A stretch of 64,000 bases of DNA from an uncultured virus (IMG/VR IMGVR_UViG_3300022936_000008) (IMGVR_UViG_3300022936_000008); one strand, 5' to 3'; shown: positions 10,559-20,658, counted from the stretch's first letter. The notes: a model not told the origin generated them from the letters alone. A program made the numbers and translations.

Positions 10559-10599
10559 CAAAAATACTACGTACTGATGAATACACCAAATTGGTAAAA
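10559..10599 (-). promoter_or_regulatory. Late-type promoter (TTTTACCAA-TTTG-N20-TATTTTTG)
   Basis: Exact Bacteroidota -33/-7 elements with 20-nt spacer, upstream of the portal. Confidence 0.75.
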
Positions 10600-10611
10600 T
10601 TTATTCTAACC

Positions 10612-13377
10612 TTATCTGCGGGGGCGATTGTAAAAACTTACATTTCTTTTGTTTTGAGCATAAAAAGTTTTAGGCCTTTCTTTTGACTCTTTGGGTTTTT
10701 CATTTTGTGAGTCTGGTTTTACGTAATTCAGGGGTTTCCATTTATAAGAGCTTCTCATATAGTGTGCGTGAGCAACTGCTCCCATTGCACTCGTAATTCT
10801 ATCCACGTTTAAGTTTTCTGACCATTGAATAATTTCATCTAGCAATCCAATGTCATCTATTAGCTGCACTCCTTTAAGAATTAATAAAGTGCCATCTTCT
10901 TGTTCTATTTCAAAAGTTTCATTACAATAATCAACAAACAAATCGAATAAAAACTTCTTGCTTGTGCTAGGATTCCACCCCGTTTTTCTCCGGCCATTAT
11001 TAGGGATACTAAAACTAGCTGAGAAATCTAAACTAGATGCTAGGTATTTTGTATCAAGGTGTCTTATCTCTAAAAAGTCTTTAATAGCATAGTTAAAGTT
11101 TTCTCCAAAACAAGTGTCTTCTAAATTATAAGCTTCCATTAACATTAGCCACTTCTCATAAACTTCTTTATGCTTATTTGGCCTGAATGAAATAGAAGCT
11201 ACAATTTTATTTGAAAATGGATCCCCTATAACAGAATTTTTTATGATATAAAAACTCGCAAGTGAAGCCGTATCTGAAGATTCAGCGGCATAATCATCAA
11301 ATCCCGCAGAATACATTCCATATTTAGGCTTTTCTTTAGGAATGTCTTCAAAAATTAAGAAAGGTGCATCGATGTTACCTCCTCTGTGTGGAAACGGAGC
11401 AAGTGGTTTGGTAGATACTTCCACCTGAATATTTCCTTGACTATCTCTATAGAGCTCTCTGCGTCTATCCCATTTACCTGTTTCTAGTAAATACTGTTTG
11501 TGTGCCTTAGCCTCTGCCACAGGAAACCTAGTCCCTTTTCCTGACATAAAAATTTGAGATGGTGACAAAGGTGCATAGACAATTTCTTTTTGGTATTTAA
11601 TCTTATCTTTGATTACTTTATCTCTTCTTTCCTCTATTATCTCTACTGATTTTTTCCAGTCAGTTATGTTTATCTTTATCTTTTTTAGTGCGGCGGATTC
11701 TGGTTTACCTAAGTAATCTGCAAGAGTGCTTTCTATTTTAGGCATATCCACTCTACATTGTCCCGGTATAAAAGTTCCAAACGGTTTTAACCTGTCTTCA
11801 TACCAAGTCCATTGATCTTCGGGTACGCCTCTCTCAAGTATATCCCATTGCATTGGAAGTATATCATAGGTTTCAGGATCCCCTAAAACCTTTAGTCCAT
11901 CTGCACTAAGTGCGTCCGTACCCCCTGTACCTGATAACATACCAAAACATCTAATCATTCCATCAGCCCCTTTCATAGCGGGTAAAAGACCCTCTAACGC
12001 CTCTAGGAATTTTTCTTTCATGGCTTCATCAAGTACAACTATGTCAGGGGTAAATCCAGCATAGACCTCCTTGGAGTTCCCATTATCAGTGTTAATTATG
12101 AATAATTTAGATAGTGGAATTGTCTTACCATTTTTTCTTTTTATCCCCATTTCTACCTCTTTATCCCAATCATTTGTCACATTGTAAACTGCGAATGCCG
12201 GATTTTTATGAAGTATGTCTGTTTTAAAATTTTTGGCTAATTGTCCTAAATCTTTTCCACTTGCTCCGGCGCATAAAAGTTCAGCTTTTCCAATTGTTGC
12301 GGCATGTCCTAACATTGAGGCTTCTGCTGTTGTTTTTGCGGCACGCCTTGTTGCAGCCACAAACATAAATAGTATTTGGAGTTTTTCTTGTAATGCCCTG
12401 TTTTCAAATAACATCCAATCTGAGTCCCTTAATGGTGGATTTGTAATTCTATCTTTAGATTGATATTCTTTCTTTACTTCATTCCAAACTTTATGGGGAA
12501 TTGGTGTAACAAAAACATTCATGTGGTAATATGCCCATCCTGAAATATAAACTCCATCTATGTCAATGCCGTTCTCTAATTTTTTAAATTCATCAACATA
12601 AAATTGTAATGTATTTTTATCTTGTTCCCAATAGTGTTTATCTGGATTCCATTCGGGCACTTTATCCATATAGATTAACATCTCATTATTAGGAGGGCTG
12701 TCAAAATCTATTTTCAGTTCTTTTAGGCGGCGATTTATTTCCGGGAATAGTGGTTTATCTCCGCCCGCCAAAACTTTGTGCATACTAAGTGGTGCTTTTA
12801 CTCCATCTCTAAATTCAATACTGTTTGCTGCCTCAGCCTCATCTTTAATATTTAAATTTGAAACGTCATCATTGATTTTAGAAACTCCAGCGAATACGTC
12901 TTTTAAAAATTTAACCTCTTCTCCTCGTATTTCCTGATTTTCAATATCTGAAATGTCTACAGTATTAACATAAAAATCCACACGGTCGGTATGGATTGAT
13001 ATTATTTGCATACATTCTTTTATAAATGTCTTGAATTCTTTAAGATGATGATCTGATTCTGAGCGTTTTACGAAGTACTTGACACGATCAACAATATTAG
13101 ATATTAGTTCATTTTGCAGTTTGAATTCGTCTGATTTATATTTGATGTTGTTTTTTTGTGCGGCGAGTTTTTCCTTTACATATTTTGAAATTTCAGACTT
13201 GATTATCTTCTTATCTGTGTGTTCTTTTTCAATGTATTCAACAAATAAGTTTTCAGATAGGTTTTCATCTATGCTAATTTTACTCCAATCGTTCTGTAAA
13301 ATGTATTTTTTATACTTCTCAAACTGCGGTTTACTTTTCTTGATAAACCCGGTGATGAAGTTTTCAATTTTTGCCAT
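10612..13377 (-). CDS. terL: Terminase large subunit
   Basis: Walker A-like ATRRAAKTT, Walker B IVVLDEA, GTGG coupling motif, nuclease GFDDY and NVDRITS. Confidence 0.9.
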   Translation of the reverse strand: MAKIENFITGFIKKSKPQFEKYKKYILQNDWSKISIDENLSENLFVEYIEKEHTDKKIIKSEISKYVKEKLAAQKNNIKYKSDEFKLQNELISNIVDRVKYFVKRSESDHHLKEFKTFIKECMQIISIHTDRVDFYVNTVDISDIENQEIRGEEVKFLKDVFAGVSKINDDVSNLNIKDEAEAANSIEFRDGVKAPLSMHKVLAGGDKPLFPEINRRLKELKIDFDSPPNNEMLIYMDKVPEWNPDKHYWEQDKNTLQFYVDEFKKLENGIDIDGVYISGWAYYHMNVFVTPIPHKVWNEVKKEYQSKDRITNPPLRDSDWMLFENRALQEKLQILFMFVAATRRAAKTTAEASMLGHAATIGKAELLCAGASGKDLGQLAKNFKTDILHKNPAFAVYNVTNDWDKEVEMGIKRKNGKTIPLSKLFIINTDNGNSKEVYAGFTPDIVVLDEAMKEKFLEALEGLLPAMKGADGMIRCFGMLSGTGGTDALSADGLKVLGDPETYDILPMQWDILERGVPEDQWTWYEDRLKPFGTFIPGQCRVDMPKIESTLADYLGKPESAALKKIKINITDWKKSVEIIEERRDKVIKDKIKYQKEIVYAPLSPSQIFMSGKGTRFPVAEAKAHKQYLLETGKWDRRRELYRDSQGNIQVEVSTKPLAPFPHRGGNIDAPFLIFEDIPKEKPKYGMYSAGFDDYAAESSDTASLASFYIIKNSVIGDPFSNKIVASISFRPNKHKEVYEKWLMLMEAYNLEDTCFGENFNYAIKDFLEIRHLDTKYLASSLDFSASFSIPNNGRRKTGWNPSTSKKFLFDLFVDYCNETFEIEQEDGTLLILKGVQLIDDIGLLDEIIQWSENLNVDRITSAMGAVAHAHYMRSSYKWKPLNYVKPDSQNEKPKESKERPKTFYAQNKRNVSFYNRPRR

Positions 13378-13803
13378 CTACCTTTTATTTATCTTATCCA
13401 AACTCTCTCGGGTTCTTCTTTTTAAATCTTCTAAAACTTGTTCATCCACTGGAATTGGTTCTCCTGCTACGATTTTGAAAATTATGGGGTTTTTCTTTTT
13501 TATAATTTCTGCCATTTCTGTTTTTATCTCCACCGGAATTTCTACAACATCTTGGATGGTTTCATAAACTGTTATAAGTCTTTCCTTGTGTCTTTCTAAA
13601 TCTTTGGCGTAATAAGTTGGTGTAACTGTGGCTTCGTAGATGTATTCTGAAATTAATTTTTCATCTTCTATGTTTGCCAATACAAACTCATCTCTTTCTT
13701 TTTGTTTCTCTTTATACTCTTTTGCAAATTTAAAGTAGAATGTCCCGTATTCACGAAACTCTTTAAAATTTGTCTCTAATTTACTTAATAATGTTTCTTG
13801 CAT
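13378..13803 (-). CDS. Hypothetical protein directly upstream of terL
   Basis: 141 aa ORF abutting terL. Confidence 0.6.
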   Translation of the reverse strand: MQETLLSKLETNFKEFREYGTFYFKFAKEYKEKQKERDEFVLANIEDEKLISEYIYEATVTPTYYAKDLERHKERLITVYETIQDVVEIPVEIKTEMAEIIKKKNPIIFKIVAGEPIPVDEQVLEDLKRRTRESLDKINKR

Positions 13804-13890
13804 ATTTTTGTTTTTTCTTTTCGGCGATTTTGTATATTATGTTATACATTTTTGACTATTTTGTCCAGAATAACGAACATTCTATTTGCT

Positions 13891-14202
13891 TTATGTCAAA
13901 TGTTTTAGTAATAAATTATAAGTTTTTTTATTTATTGCTTCGGCAGATAAAAGATAATCTAAAGTTTGGAGGTTTTCTTCTTTGTGCCACCTGTCCTGAT
14001 ATTCATCTGAAACTTGTATTACAGTCTCTGCTTTGTAATTTAGCTTACTTAAAATATTTCCTGTAATATGACAATAAATTTTAGGAACTTGATCCATTAG
14101 AAAACTGAAATCTTCCAGCTCTTTTTTGAGCTGTTCTTTGTTTATTGTTCCGTCGGGATTTTCAACAATCTCTTTCCAAAATTCATCGTAGTTGTCTTTC
14201 AT
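13891..14202 (-). CDS. Hypothetical phage protein
   Basis: ORF track; likely start MKDNYDEFW overlapping the upstream stop. Confidence 0.6.
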   Translation of the reverse strand: MKDNYDEFWKEIVENPDGTINKEQLKKELEDFSFLMDQVPKIYCHITGNILSKLNYKAETVIQVSDEYQDRWHKEENLQTLDYLLSAEAINKKTYNLLLKHLT

Positions 14203-14435
14203 CCCAAAACCCTCTCTCTCCAAGCTTCAAAGTCTGCCTCATTCATTGGTTCGTCAGCGTCATTGTCTTTCAATCTTTCTTCGATTATTTGATAGAGCCT
14301 TTCATCAGTTACCTCGCACAGTTTAATACCTCTTGAGATTGTGTGGAATATTTGTCCGGCCGTATATGTTGGATTTTGTTTTGCCAAATCATATAAAGAT
14401 TGGAATATTGAGCCTTTGTAATTTATTTCTTTCAT
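14199..14435 (-). CDS. Hypothetical phage protein
   Basis: 78 aa, tightly packed in operon. Confidence 0.6.
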   Translation of the reverse strand: MKEINYKGSIFQSLYDLAKQNPTYTAGQIFHTISRGIKLCEVTDERLYQIIEERLKDNDADEPMNEADFEAWRERVLG

Positions 14436-14437
14436 TT

Positions 14438-14755
14438 TTATACAATTATACCGTTAAATTTTATTGCCACTTGTGTTCCATTTTTTAAAGTTTCTGTAAC
14501 TGTTTTTGTAAATGGTCTGTCTTTTGCATCTACAGCTTTATACGTGATTTCAATTTCTACGTCTTTTTCTTTTTGCGCCGCTTTTCCTGTTGTACAACTT
14601 GGGCATCCAAACTTTACAGATGAATGTTCTACGTCTTTTAAGAGTAATTTAAAGGTTACAGGGACATTCTTTTTAACTTTACCTAAATTGTATTGCCATA
14701 GGTTATTTTCACCTGTCAGGACTCCTTTTTCTTTTGTTAAGTTTTCTATTTGCAT
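14438..14755 (-). CDS. DUF1573-like Ig-fold protein
   Basis: VKFGCPSCTT...FTKTVT pattern. Confidence 0.6.
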   Translation of the reverse strand: MQIENLTKEKGVLTGENNLWQYNLGKVKKNVPVTFKLLLKDVEHSSVKFGCPSCTTGKAAQKEKDVEIEITYKAVDAKDRPFTKTVTETLKNGTQVAIKFNGIIV

Positions 14756-14988
14756 AATAATTCTAAAAAGTTTTTTGCCGCATTATTTGATATTTCATGT
14801 ATGTCTAGTTTTCCCAAATCAATATAGTCTCTTTCTTGTGCTCCATTTCTCCATTCATCGTAAAAACTCATAGCAATATTGGCTTGCCACCCAATCCTAT
14901 ATCCCTCATCTGTTCTTAAAGCGTCAATTAATACTTCAACTGCGTTTTTTAAGTTATTGTCCATTTGTGGTGTTATTTTGTTGCCCAT
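14746..14988 (-). CDS. Hypothetical protein, paralog of 30968-31222
   Basis: DEGYRxxWxANIAMSF shared with the paralog. Confidence 0.7.
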   Translation of the reverse strand: MGNKITPQMDNNLKNAVEVLIDALRTDEGYRIGWQANIAMSFYDEWRNGAQERDYIDLGKLDIHEISNNAAKNFLELLCK

Positions 14989-15256
14989 ACAAATCTTTTA
15001 ATTTAGGTTGATTGTCTATTTTTTCTATGCGGATATTTATTGCTTCAGGGTATTGCCCTTTCACTAAAATAGAAGTTAATCCTAAAACCTCGTTATCAAT
15101 GTAGTGCCTGAAAACCCCTACTTGTCTTACTATTTCGTGATCCATTGAAACAGTATTCCAATCTTCTGCAACTATCTCACTACCACCCTCAAAGTCGTAT
15201 ACTAGCCTTACGATGTTATTATGACTAAATTGTTTTATAAATTCACCTAATTTCAT
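14954..15256 (-). CDS. Hypothetical phage protein
   Basis: 100 aa in operon. Confidence 0.6.
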   Translation of the reverse strand: MKLGEFIKQFSHNNIVRLVYDFEGGSEIVAEDWNTVSMDHEIVRQVGVFRHYIDNEVLGLTSILVKGQYPEAINIRIEKIDNQPKLKDLYGQQNNTTNGQ

Positions 15257-15376
15257 AATATATTTTGTAAGTATTTAATTAAGTCTTGTTTATTATCAAA
15301 AACTTCTTTTGCGTCTCCATCAATGTCAATAAAAATTAAACTGCTATTCTTTGGGGTTTTTAATCTAATTATAATC

Positions 15377-15736
15377 TCAGTCATATTGTCTCAAATAATT
15401 ATTAAATTTATTTTCTAACCAATCCTGATGTTCTCTATCTCCATGTTTACATTCCTCAAATAGTTCTTCTAATGCAAGCTTAATTGCAGATTTGAAAGAT
15501 GGTATGTAAATTTTATATTGTGTGGCTGGATAGACTTGACCATCGCAACCTCTTAATTCTTTAATATTATCACCCTCACAACAACAAAAATCAACTGTAC
15601 ACTCATTAGAAAAATGATTGTGTGCCGCAATTCCTAATTTTCCCATATCACTTTGATACTTCAAACTTATTTGGTAAGCCTCCTTATTTTCAAACCTTCT
15701 TTTCCCTTCTTCTGTTTTTGTGTAATTAAATTTCAT
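15377..15736 (-). CDS. Hypothetical protein with KHGDxEHQDWL module
   Basis: C-terminus shared with 31206-31472. Confidence 0.65.
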   Translation of the reverse strand: MKFNYTKTEEGKRRFENKEAYQISLKYQSDMGKLGIAAHNHFSNECTVDFCCCEGDNIKELRGCDGQVYPATQYKIYIPSFKSAIKLALEELFEECKHGDREHQDWLENKFNNYLRQYD

Positions 15737-16037
15737 GCTTATTTTCTATATGAATTGATTTCCATTTATTTTTATCACAATTTTCTTCTTTTTCGCGGGT
15801 TTTATAAAACAAGGGACAGGTACATATCGAACATTCTCCTAAATCTTCGTTCTCTGAAAAAGTTATTGCGGAATATATTTTTGAAAAAAAGTTTACTATT
15901 TTTTGTTTGCGCGAAATGCTTTCGAGGTTTTTTGTATTATATGGACAGACTTTGCAAATTTGTCTCCTGTCCTGAACCCACTGCTCATTTTTTTCTTTTT
16001 TAAACCTGCTCAGCAAAAGCATTTTGATGTTGTTCAT
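15726..16037 (-). CDS. Cys-rich zinc-finger protein
   Basis: RRQICKVCP...CSICTCPLFYKT...CDKNKW. Confidence 0.7.
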   Translation of the reverse strand: MNNIKMLLLSRFKKEKNEQWVQDRRQICKVCPYNTKNLESISRKQKIVNFFSKIYSAITFSENEDLGECSICTCPLFYKTREKEENCDKNKWKSIHIENKHEI

Positions 16038-16347
16038 ATTCTTGAATGTCTATACCTCTTTTTTTTAATATTGGCATTTTTGTTATTACAGGTACTCGGT
16101 CTTCAGATTGACACCAATCCCACACCATATTAATCTGTCTTTTGGAGGGCGTTGTTGTAGGTTCAAACCTTTTAAATATTTTTCCAAGCCCGGGAAGTTC
16201 AAAAACAAAATCTTCATTTGAGTTATCTGCCATACATTCTCTGAAATATCGCATTGTACATTCATACAAATCGGCTACATCTTTTTCAGAGAGGGCTTTT
16301 CTTTTTGCGGCGTATGCTTTTATTATGTCCTCTTTTACGACTATCAT
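16000..16347 (-). CDS. HU/IHF-like DNA-binding protein
   Basis: Helix-helix followed by FELPGLGKIF, an HU/IHF signature; IHF-like genes near terminase are typical of crAss-like phages. Confidence 0.6.
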   Translation of the reverse strand: MIVVKEDIIKAYAAKRKALSEKDVADLYECTMRYFRECMADNSNEDFVFELPGLGKIFKRFEPTTTPSKRQINMVWDWCQSEDRVPVITKMPILKKRGIDIQEYEQHQNAFAEQV

Positions 16348-16730
16348 TTTTTATTAAACCCTATTACGTATAATTTTTTAATGTCTTGCCCATTTAGAAA
16401 ACAGTTTTTTAAATCTATTAGCTGTTTGTTCACTTCTTTTAAACGGTAATTTTTACTGTGGGGGATTAGGCATCTTTTTTTTTGAAGTTGATGGTTTATT
16501 TGATCCAGATTTTTTTTAGATATATTTAAATCAAGGGTAATAGTGAGTTTTGTTTCAGGTTTGTATCCGTTTTTTAGATAGTATCTAAGTATTTCTATTT
16601 CTCTGTTGGAAAGGCTGTTTTTGAGTACCACCGCAGCAAATATATTTATAACAACATCCAATAACTCTAAATCATTAGCGTAGGTGTAGGTTGAAAAAAA
16701 ATGCGGTAATTCTAAAAGTTTATCTATCAT
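16344..16730 (-). CDS. Putative HTH DNA-binding protein
   Basis: LSNREIEIL...LNISKKNLDQINHQLQKK. Confidence 0.55.
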   Translation of the reverse strand: MIDKLLELPHFFSTYTYANDLELLDVVINIFAAVVLKNSLSNREIEILRYYLKNGYKPETKLTITLDLNISKKNLDQINHQLQKKRCLIPHSKNYRLKEVNKQLIDLKNCFLNGQDIKKLYVIGFNKK

Positions 16731-17007
16731 TAATAAATTCTGTAAATTCTTCTAATGCAAGGTCAAGGGATACTCTTGTGGATATAAAAACAGCGTCTTC
16801 AAAAAACACCGTATAAAAATATCTGTGGTAATGTGGTATTGTTACTTTTTTATTTCGCCATAAAAGCTCTGTCCGTCTTAAGGCTTTAAATTTAAAATTA
16901 CCTTCTTTATGTACAAAATTTAAAGTTCTGTGTGGTAGTTGTTCCGCGCCTCGTTCTCTTAATATTTCGGCAGCTTTTTCTACAAAAGGTTTATACTGTC
17001 TTCCCAT
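16720..17007 (-). CDS. Hypothetical protein, first gene of the leftward unit
   Basis: 95 aa ORF. Confidence 0.55.
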   Translation of the reverse strand: MGRQYKPFVEKAAEILRERGAEQLPHRTLNFVHKEGNFKFKALRRTELLWRNKKVTIPHYHRYFYTVFFEDAVFISTRVSLDLALEEFTEFINDR

Positions 17008-17081
17008 CAGGGCGTAAATATAATCATTTAATTAATACATCAGTGTTAAAATTATGTTAAAGTTGTGTATTATTTTTTCTC

Positions 17082-17120
17082 TTACCAATTTGCAGATTAG
17101 TTTTGTTTGTTGTACCTTTG
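17082..17120 (+). promoter_or_regulatory. Late-type promoter (TTACCAA-TTTG-N20-TACCTTTG)
   Basis: Exact motif and spacing. Confidence 0.7.
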
Positions 17121-17136
17121 GCGAAAACCAAATAAA

Positions 17137-17385
17137 ATGCAAGAACTTGGGTATGAAGAATTCAGCGGTGAACTTATTGACCGTATTTCCAGAAAGATTG
17201 TCAGCCGCACTTATCTAAAAGAACATTCGGAGTTTGTGAATGCTATGACTTTTGATTTGTTTGAGCTATATGTAGAGGGATGGAGCCTTAATTCTTTATC
17301 GGGGATGGCTGAGGCTTTCTTTTACAATTTATTCGCTTATAAGCCCTCAAATGAGAATATGGAAGAAATTATTGATATACCGTGA
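17137..17385 (+). CDS. Hypothetical acidic protein
   Basis: ATG 17137 after an A-rich initiation region, downstream of the promoter. Confidence 0.65.
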   Translation: MQELGYEEFSGELIDRISRKIVSRTYLKEHSEFVNAMTFDLFELYVEGWSLNSLSGMAEAFFYNLFAYKPSNENMEEIIDIP

Positions 17386-17509
17386 GAAATGATCTTGTGA
17401 TTGGCTGTCTTTTTTGAGGCGGCAGTGATATTTAATTTTATCGGAAAATAGTGTATAGTTGTGATTACCTATATAGTGTTGTAATAAAAAGTAAGCCTTT
17501 TTAATAAGA

Positions 17510-17539
17510 GTCCCTGTAATCACAATTAGGGATTTTTTA
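17510..17539 (+). terminator. Intrinsic terminator
   Basis: TCCCT...AGGGA stem followed by a T tract. Confidence 0.6.
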
Positions 17540-17654
17540 TTTCTAAGGCTTAATTTTTAATTAAAAATAGCGCAAACTGCGCAGAATTGATACCCTAAAA
17601 AACGCTGCTAGACATTGCTGTTACTGGGCTGATTGAGATAGTCCGCTTAGTAAC

Positions 17655-17743
17655 ATAAGTGAGGGATAGGGAATAGAGAGATAGGTTGGTAGGATAGGTA
17701 GTGGAGATAGTAGGAAATAATAGAGATAAATGGAGGAAATTGG
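17655..17743 (+). repeat. C-less purine-rich tract with GATAG(G) repeats; candidate origin
   Basis: No C in 89 nt; GATAGG at 17665, 17680 and 17693, GATAG at 17706. Confidence 0.6.
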
Positions 17744-19067
17744 CAAAACTGGGTTGAATTTTGATTTTGAATTTTTAGATTTAAACGATTTAGATACTCA
17801 AGGATTACACCTGCTTAAATTTGATTGCGCTACAATTTTAATACCTAAAAAATCTGAGTACGTTATTAAAAAATATTTCCCGGCGACAACTCTGAATAAA
17901 ATAGATTCTGATAAAGAAGTGGCTGTTGAAAAATGTCTAATTGTTTTAAGTGATTTAGTTTCTACATACTATACAGATAACAAGTGGAAAAGTCTAAATT
18001 CTGAAATTCTCAATAACCAAACTAAGAAACAGAATGATAACACATTTGTTTACAAATACATTATTGAAGCATTGAAAAAAGGATCTAGTAACGGTTCTCT
18101 TATCGAAGTGTTGAAAAATGAATTAGGAAAAGAAGTGTTTATAAAAGGAGAACAATCAAAACAGTATAAAATATCAGATAAATACACCAAATCAAAGCTG
18201 ATAAGATACAAATTAAAAACCGAATACTTAATAGAAAGGAGAAGGATGCATTTTTTTGACATACTTTCAACTGCTGTTGAGAATACAATTGGTAAAAATT
18301 TGATAAATATTTATAGTTTAATATCCATACCAACAGTGGAATATCTACTTGCTAAAGGAAAATCACTTTCAAAAGACAACTACACAACCAAAAAAGGTAA
18401 ATTACTAACTGTTAGAAATAAGCATAAAAATAATTATTGGACAGATAACCAAAGACGCTCTTTTGTTGAAGATAATATAGAACTTTTCAAGTACCTAACA
18501 GTTGACGGTTTCATAATTCCGAATGTAGGCGGTCAAAGAAGTGGCGGCAGAGTGGTGGACTCTTTTACATTAATGCCCTCTTGGATTAGAAATGAAATTA
18601 AAATATCAGGAGAAGAAACAGTTGAAATTGATTTTAAATGCTTGCACCCAAATATTGCTGCGAGTTTGTACGGGGGCAATAAGAACTACATTAATCATAA
18701 AGAAGTTTCTGAAAAATTAAAAGTAGATATAAAAACAGTTAAAATTGAACATCTATCTTTTTTTAATAAAGAGCCAAATGAAATGAAAAAGTCTGTCCTT
18801 TTTGATTATTACAACCAGTTTGAAAAATGGATGTTGGATAATATACTAAAAGACAAATATGAAAACGGATATAAAATCACTTCTTATAAAATGTTTGCAA
18901 AAGAAACTGAAATAATGACAGAGGTTATAAAACAGCTAAATCTGAGAGGTATTTACGTTGTATATGTATATGATGCCTTATTATGTAAAAAAAGTGATTA
19001 TAAAGTAGTCAAGGACGTAATGAACAGAGTTGTAATAGATAAAAATGTATACACTTTAGCCGAATAA
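17730..19067 (+). CDS. Family-A/T7-RNAP-like palm-domain protein (putative replication initiator or primase-polymerase)
   Basis: GGRV, motif A-like VEIDFKCLHP, KETEIM and motif C-like YVYDALL; no exonuclease domain. Confidence 0.6.
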   Translation: MEEIGKTGLNFDFEFLDLNDLDTQGLHLLKFDCATILIPKKSEYVIKKYFPATTLNKIDSDKEVAVEKCLIVLSDLVSTYYTDNKWKSLNSEILNNQTKKQNDNTFVYKYIIEALKKGSSNGSLIEVLKNELGKEVFIKGEQSKQYKISDKYTKSKLIRYKLKTEYLIERRRMHFFDILSTAVENTIGKNLINIYSLISIPTVEYLLAKGKSLSKDNYTTKKGKLLTVRNKHKNNYWTDNQRRSFVEDNIELFKYLTVDGFIIPNVGGQRSGGRVVDSFTLMPSWIRNEIKISGEETVEIDFKCLHPNIAASLYGGNKNYINHKEVSEKLKVDIKTVKIEHLSFFNKEPNEMKKSVLFDYYNQFEKWMLDNILKDKYENGYKITSYKMFAKETEIMTEVIKQLNLRGIYVVYVYDALLCKKSDYKVVKDVMNRVVIDKNVYTLAE

Positions 19068-19119
19068 ATTAGTATATATCAAAAATTTTCAGTAAATTTA
19101 CAGCTAATAAAAAGTAATA

Positions 19120-20658
19120 ATGAGTTATTTACCAAGAGAGAGGCAACAGCAAGCAATTGATAAAATGGTAGAATTTGTAAATAGCAAAACTACGAAGAAA
19201 GGTTTATTTATTTACCCTACGAGTTTTGGAAAAAGCATCGTAATCGCTAATGTTGCTTCAAAATTTCCAGATAAATATTTTATAAATGTAACCACAAGTA
19301 AAGAACTTCTGAAACAAAATTACGAAAAGTTCTCATCTTACGGTTTTGAGGCTTCAGTGTGTTCTGCTTCTCTTAATTCGAAAGATGTAGGTAAGATTAC
19401 TTTTGCAACTGCTGGAACCTTAATAAAACAAGCAGAATTCTTTAAAGATAAAGATGTTGTTATTTTGTCAGATGAAGCACACGTAGGCTCAAAGAAAGGT
19501 TCTCAACTGTTCAAATTTGTAAGTAAAGTCAAAAACAGTAAATTGATTGGAACCACAGCTACCCCCTTAAGATTAAAGGCAGGGATGAGTGGCACAGAGT
19601 TAAAAATGATGAACCGCGACAGAGATTGTTTTTATTCTTCCATCGAGGATGTTGTTCAAATTTCAGAAGTTGTTAAAGACAAATATTGGTCTGAGTTAGT
19701 ATATGATATTAGGAGTACCGATGAAAAAAGTTTAAAACTTAACACATCTGGGACAGATTATACATTAGAATCCCTTAAAAAATATTCAGATGAAAACGAT
19801 ATTGTAAAAAAATGTGTTGATTCAGTTAATGAGCTAATAAAAGAAGGACGAAAATCAATCTTAGTTTTTTTACCATTTATTGAGGATGCAAAAAAAGTTC
19901 AAGAGGAGTTAGATAGTTGTGCTGCCATTTATAGTGGAATGGATGATAAATTAAGGGACGCGTCTATTTCTGATTTCAAAAATCTGAAACTGAAGGTCAT
20001 ATCTCAGGTCAACATTCTAAGTTATGGTTTTGACCATCCTGAACTTGATGCTATTGTTTTTGCCCGGCCAACAAATTCAATTACAATTTGGTATCAAGGA
20101 TTGGGTAGAGGTGTTAGAATACACTCAAACAAATCAAATTGCAAAATAATTGATTTAAGTGGAAATTTTCAAAAGTTTGGAAAAATTGAAGATATTAATT
20201 TTGAAGATAAAAAAGAATACGGAGGATGGGCTGCATTTAGTGGAGATAGATTACTAACTAATTACCCATTAGGTATGGAAAACGTACCTACTAAAACTTC
20301 ATTAAAAGAGGCCTACGATAGGGAACAAAGTTACAAGAATAATCAATTATTAAAACCAAACCCTGAATTTTATTTTGGTAAATATAAAGGTAAGAAATTG
20401 ACAGAAGTTTTAAAAGATAAGGACGGAAAAAGTTATTTAGCTTGGATAGTAGAACCAAAAACAGATTTTAATTTCCACGGAGAGAAAGGAAATATATTAA
20501 AAATAGGTATTTATGAAGAGCTTAAACTACCCATACCAAAAGAAAAAACGCCACCTAAGCAGAATTACCAACCCACTGTAAAAAAGGAACATAAAGAACT
20601 TCTGAATAATTTCACAAATAACATAAAAACATTTAAGGATTTGGAAGGAATATTTTAG
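19120..20658 (+). CDS. SF2 DEAH helicase (RadD/UvsW-like) with C-terminal FGKYKG motif
   Basis: PTSFGKS, DEAH, TATP, GFDHP, QGLGRGVR. Confidence 0.9.
   Translation: MSYLPRERQQQAIDKMVEFVNSKTTKKGLFIYPTSFGKSIVIANVASKFPDKYFINVTTSKELLKQNYEKFSSYGFEASVCSASLNSKDVGKITFATAGTLIKQAEFFKDKDVVILSDEAHVGSKKGSQLFKFVSKVKNSKLIGTTATPLRLKAGMSGTELKMMNRDRDCFYSSIEDVVQISEVVKDKYWSELVYDIRSTDEKSLKLNTSGTDYTLESLKKYSDENDIVKKCVDSVNELIKEGRKSILVFLPFIEDAKKVQEELDSCAAIYSGMDDKLRDASISDFKNLKLKVISQVNILSYGFDHPELDAIVFARPTNSITIWYQGLGRGVRIHSNKSNCKIIDLSGNFQKFGKIEDINFEDKKEYGGWAAFSGDRLLTNYPLGMENVPTKTSLKEAYDREQSYKNNQLLKPNPEFYFGKYKGKKLTEVLKDKDGKSYLAWIVEPKTDFNFHGEKGNILKIGIYEELKLPIPKEKTPPKQNYQPTVKKEHKELLNNFTNNIKTFKDLEGIF

Noticed and set aside
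6540..13567. Plus-strand ORFs opposite scaffold, portal and terminase (and similar antisense ORFs elsewhere, e.g. 63288-63725)
   Set aside because: Shadow frames of real genes, with Ser/Phe/Leu-rich antisense composition
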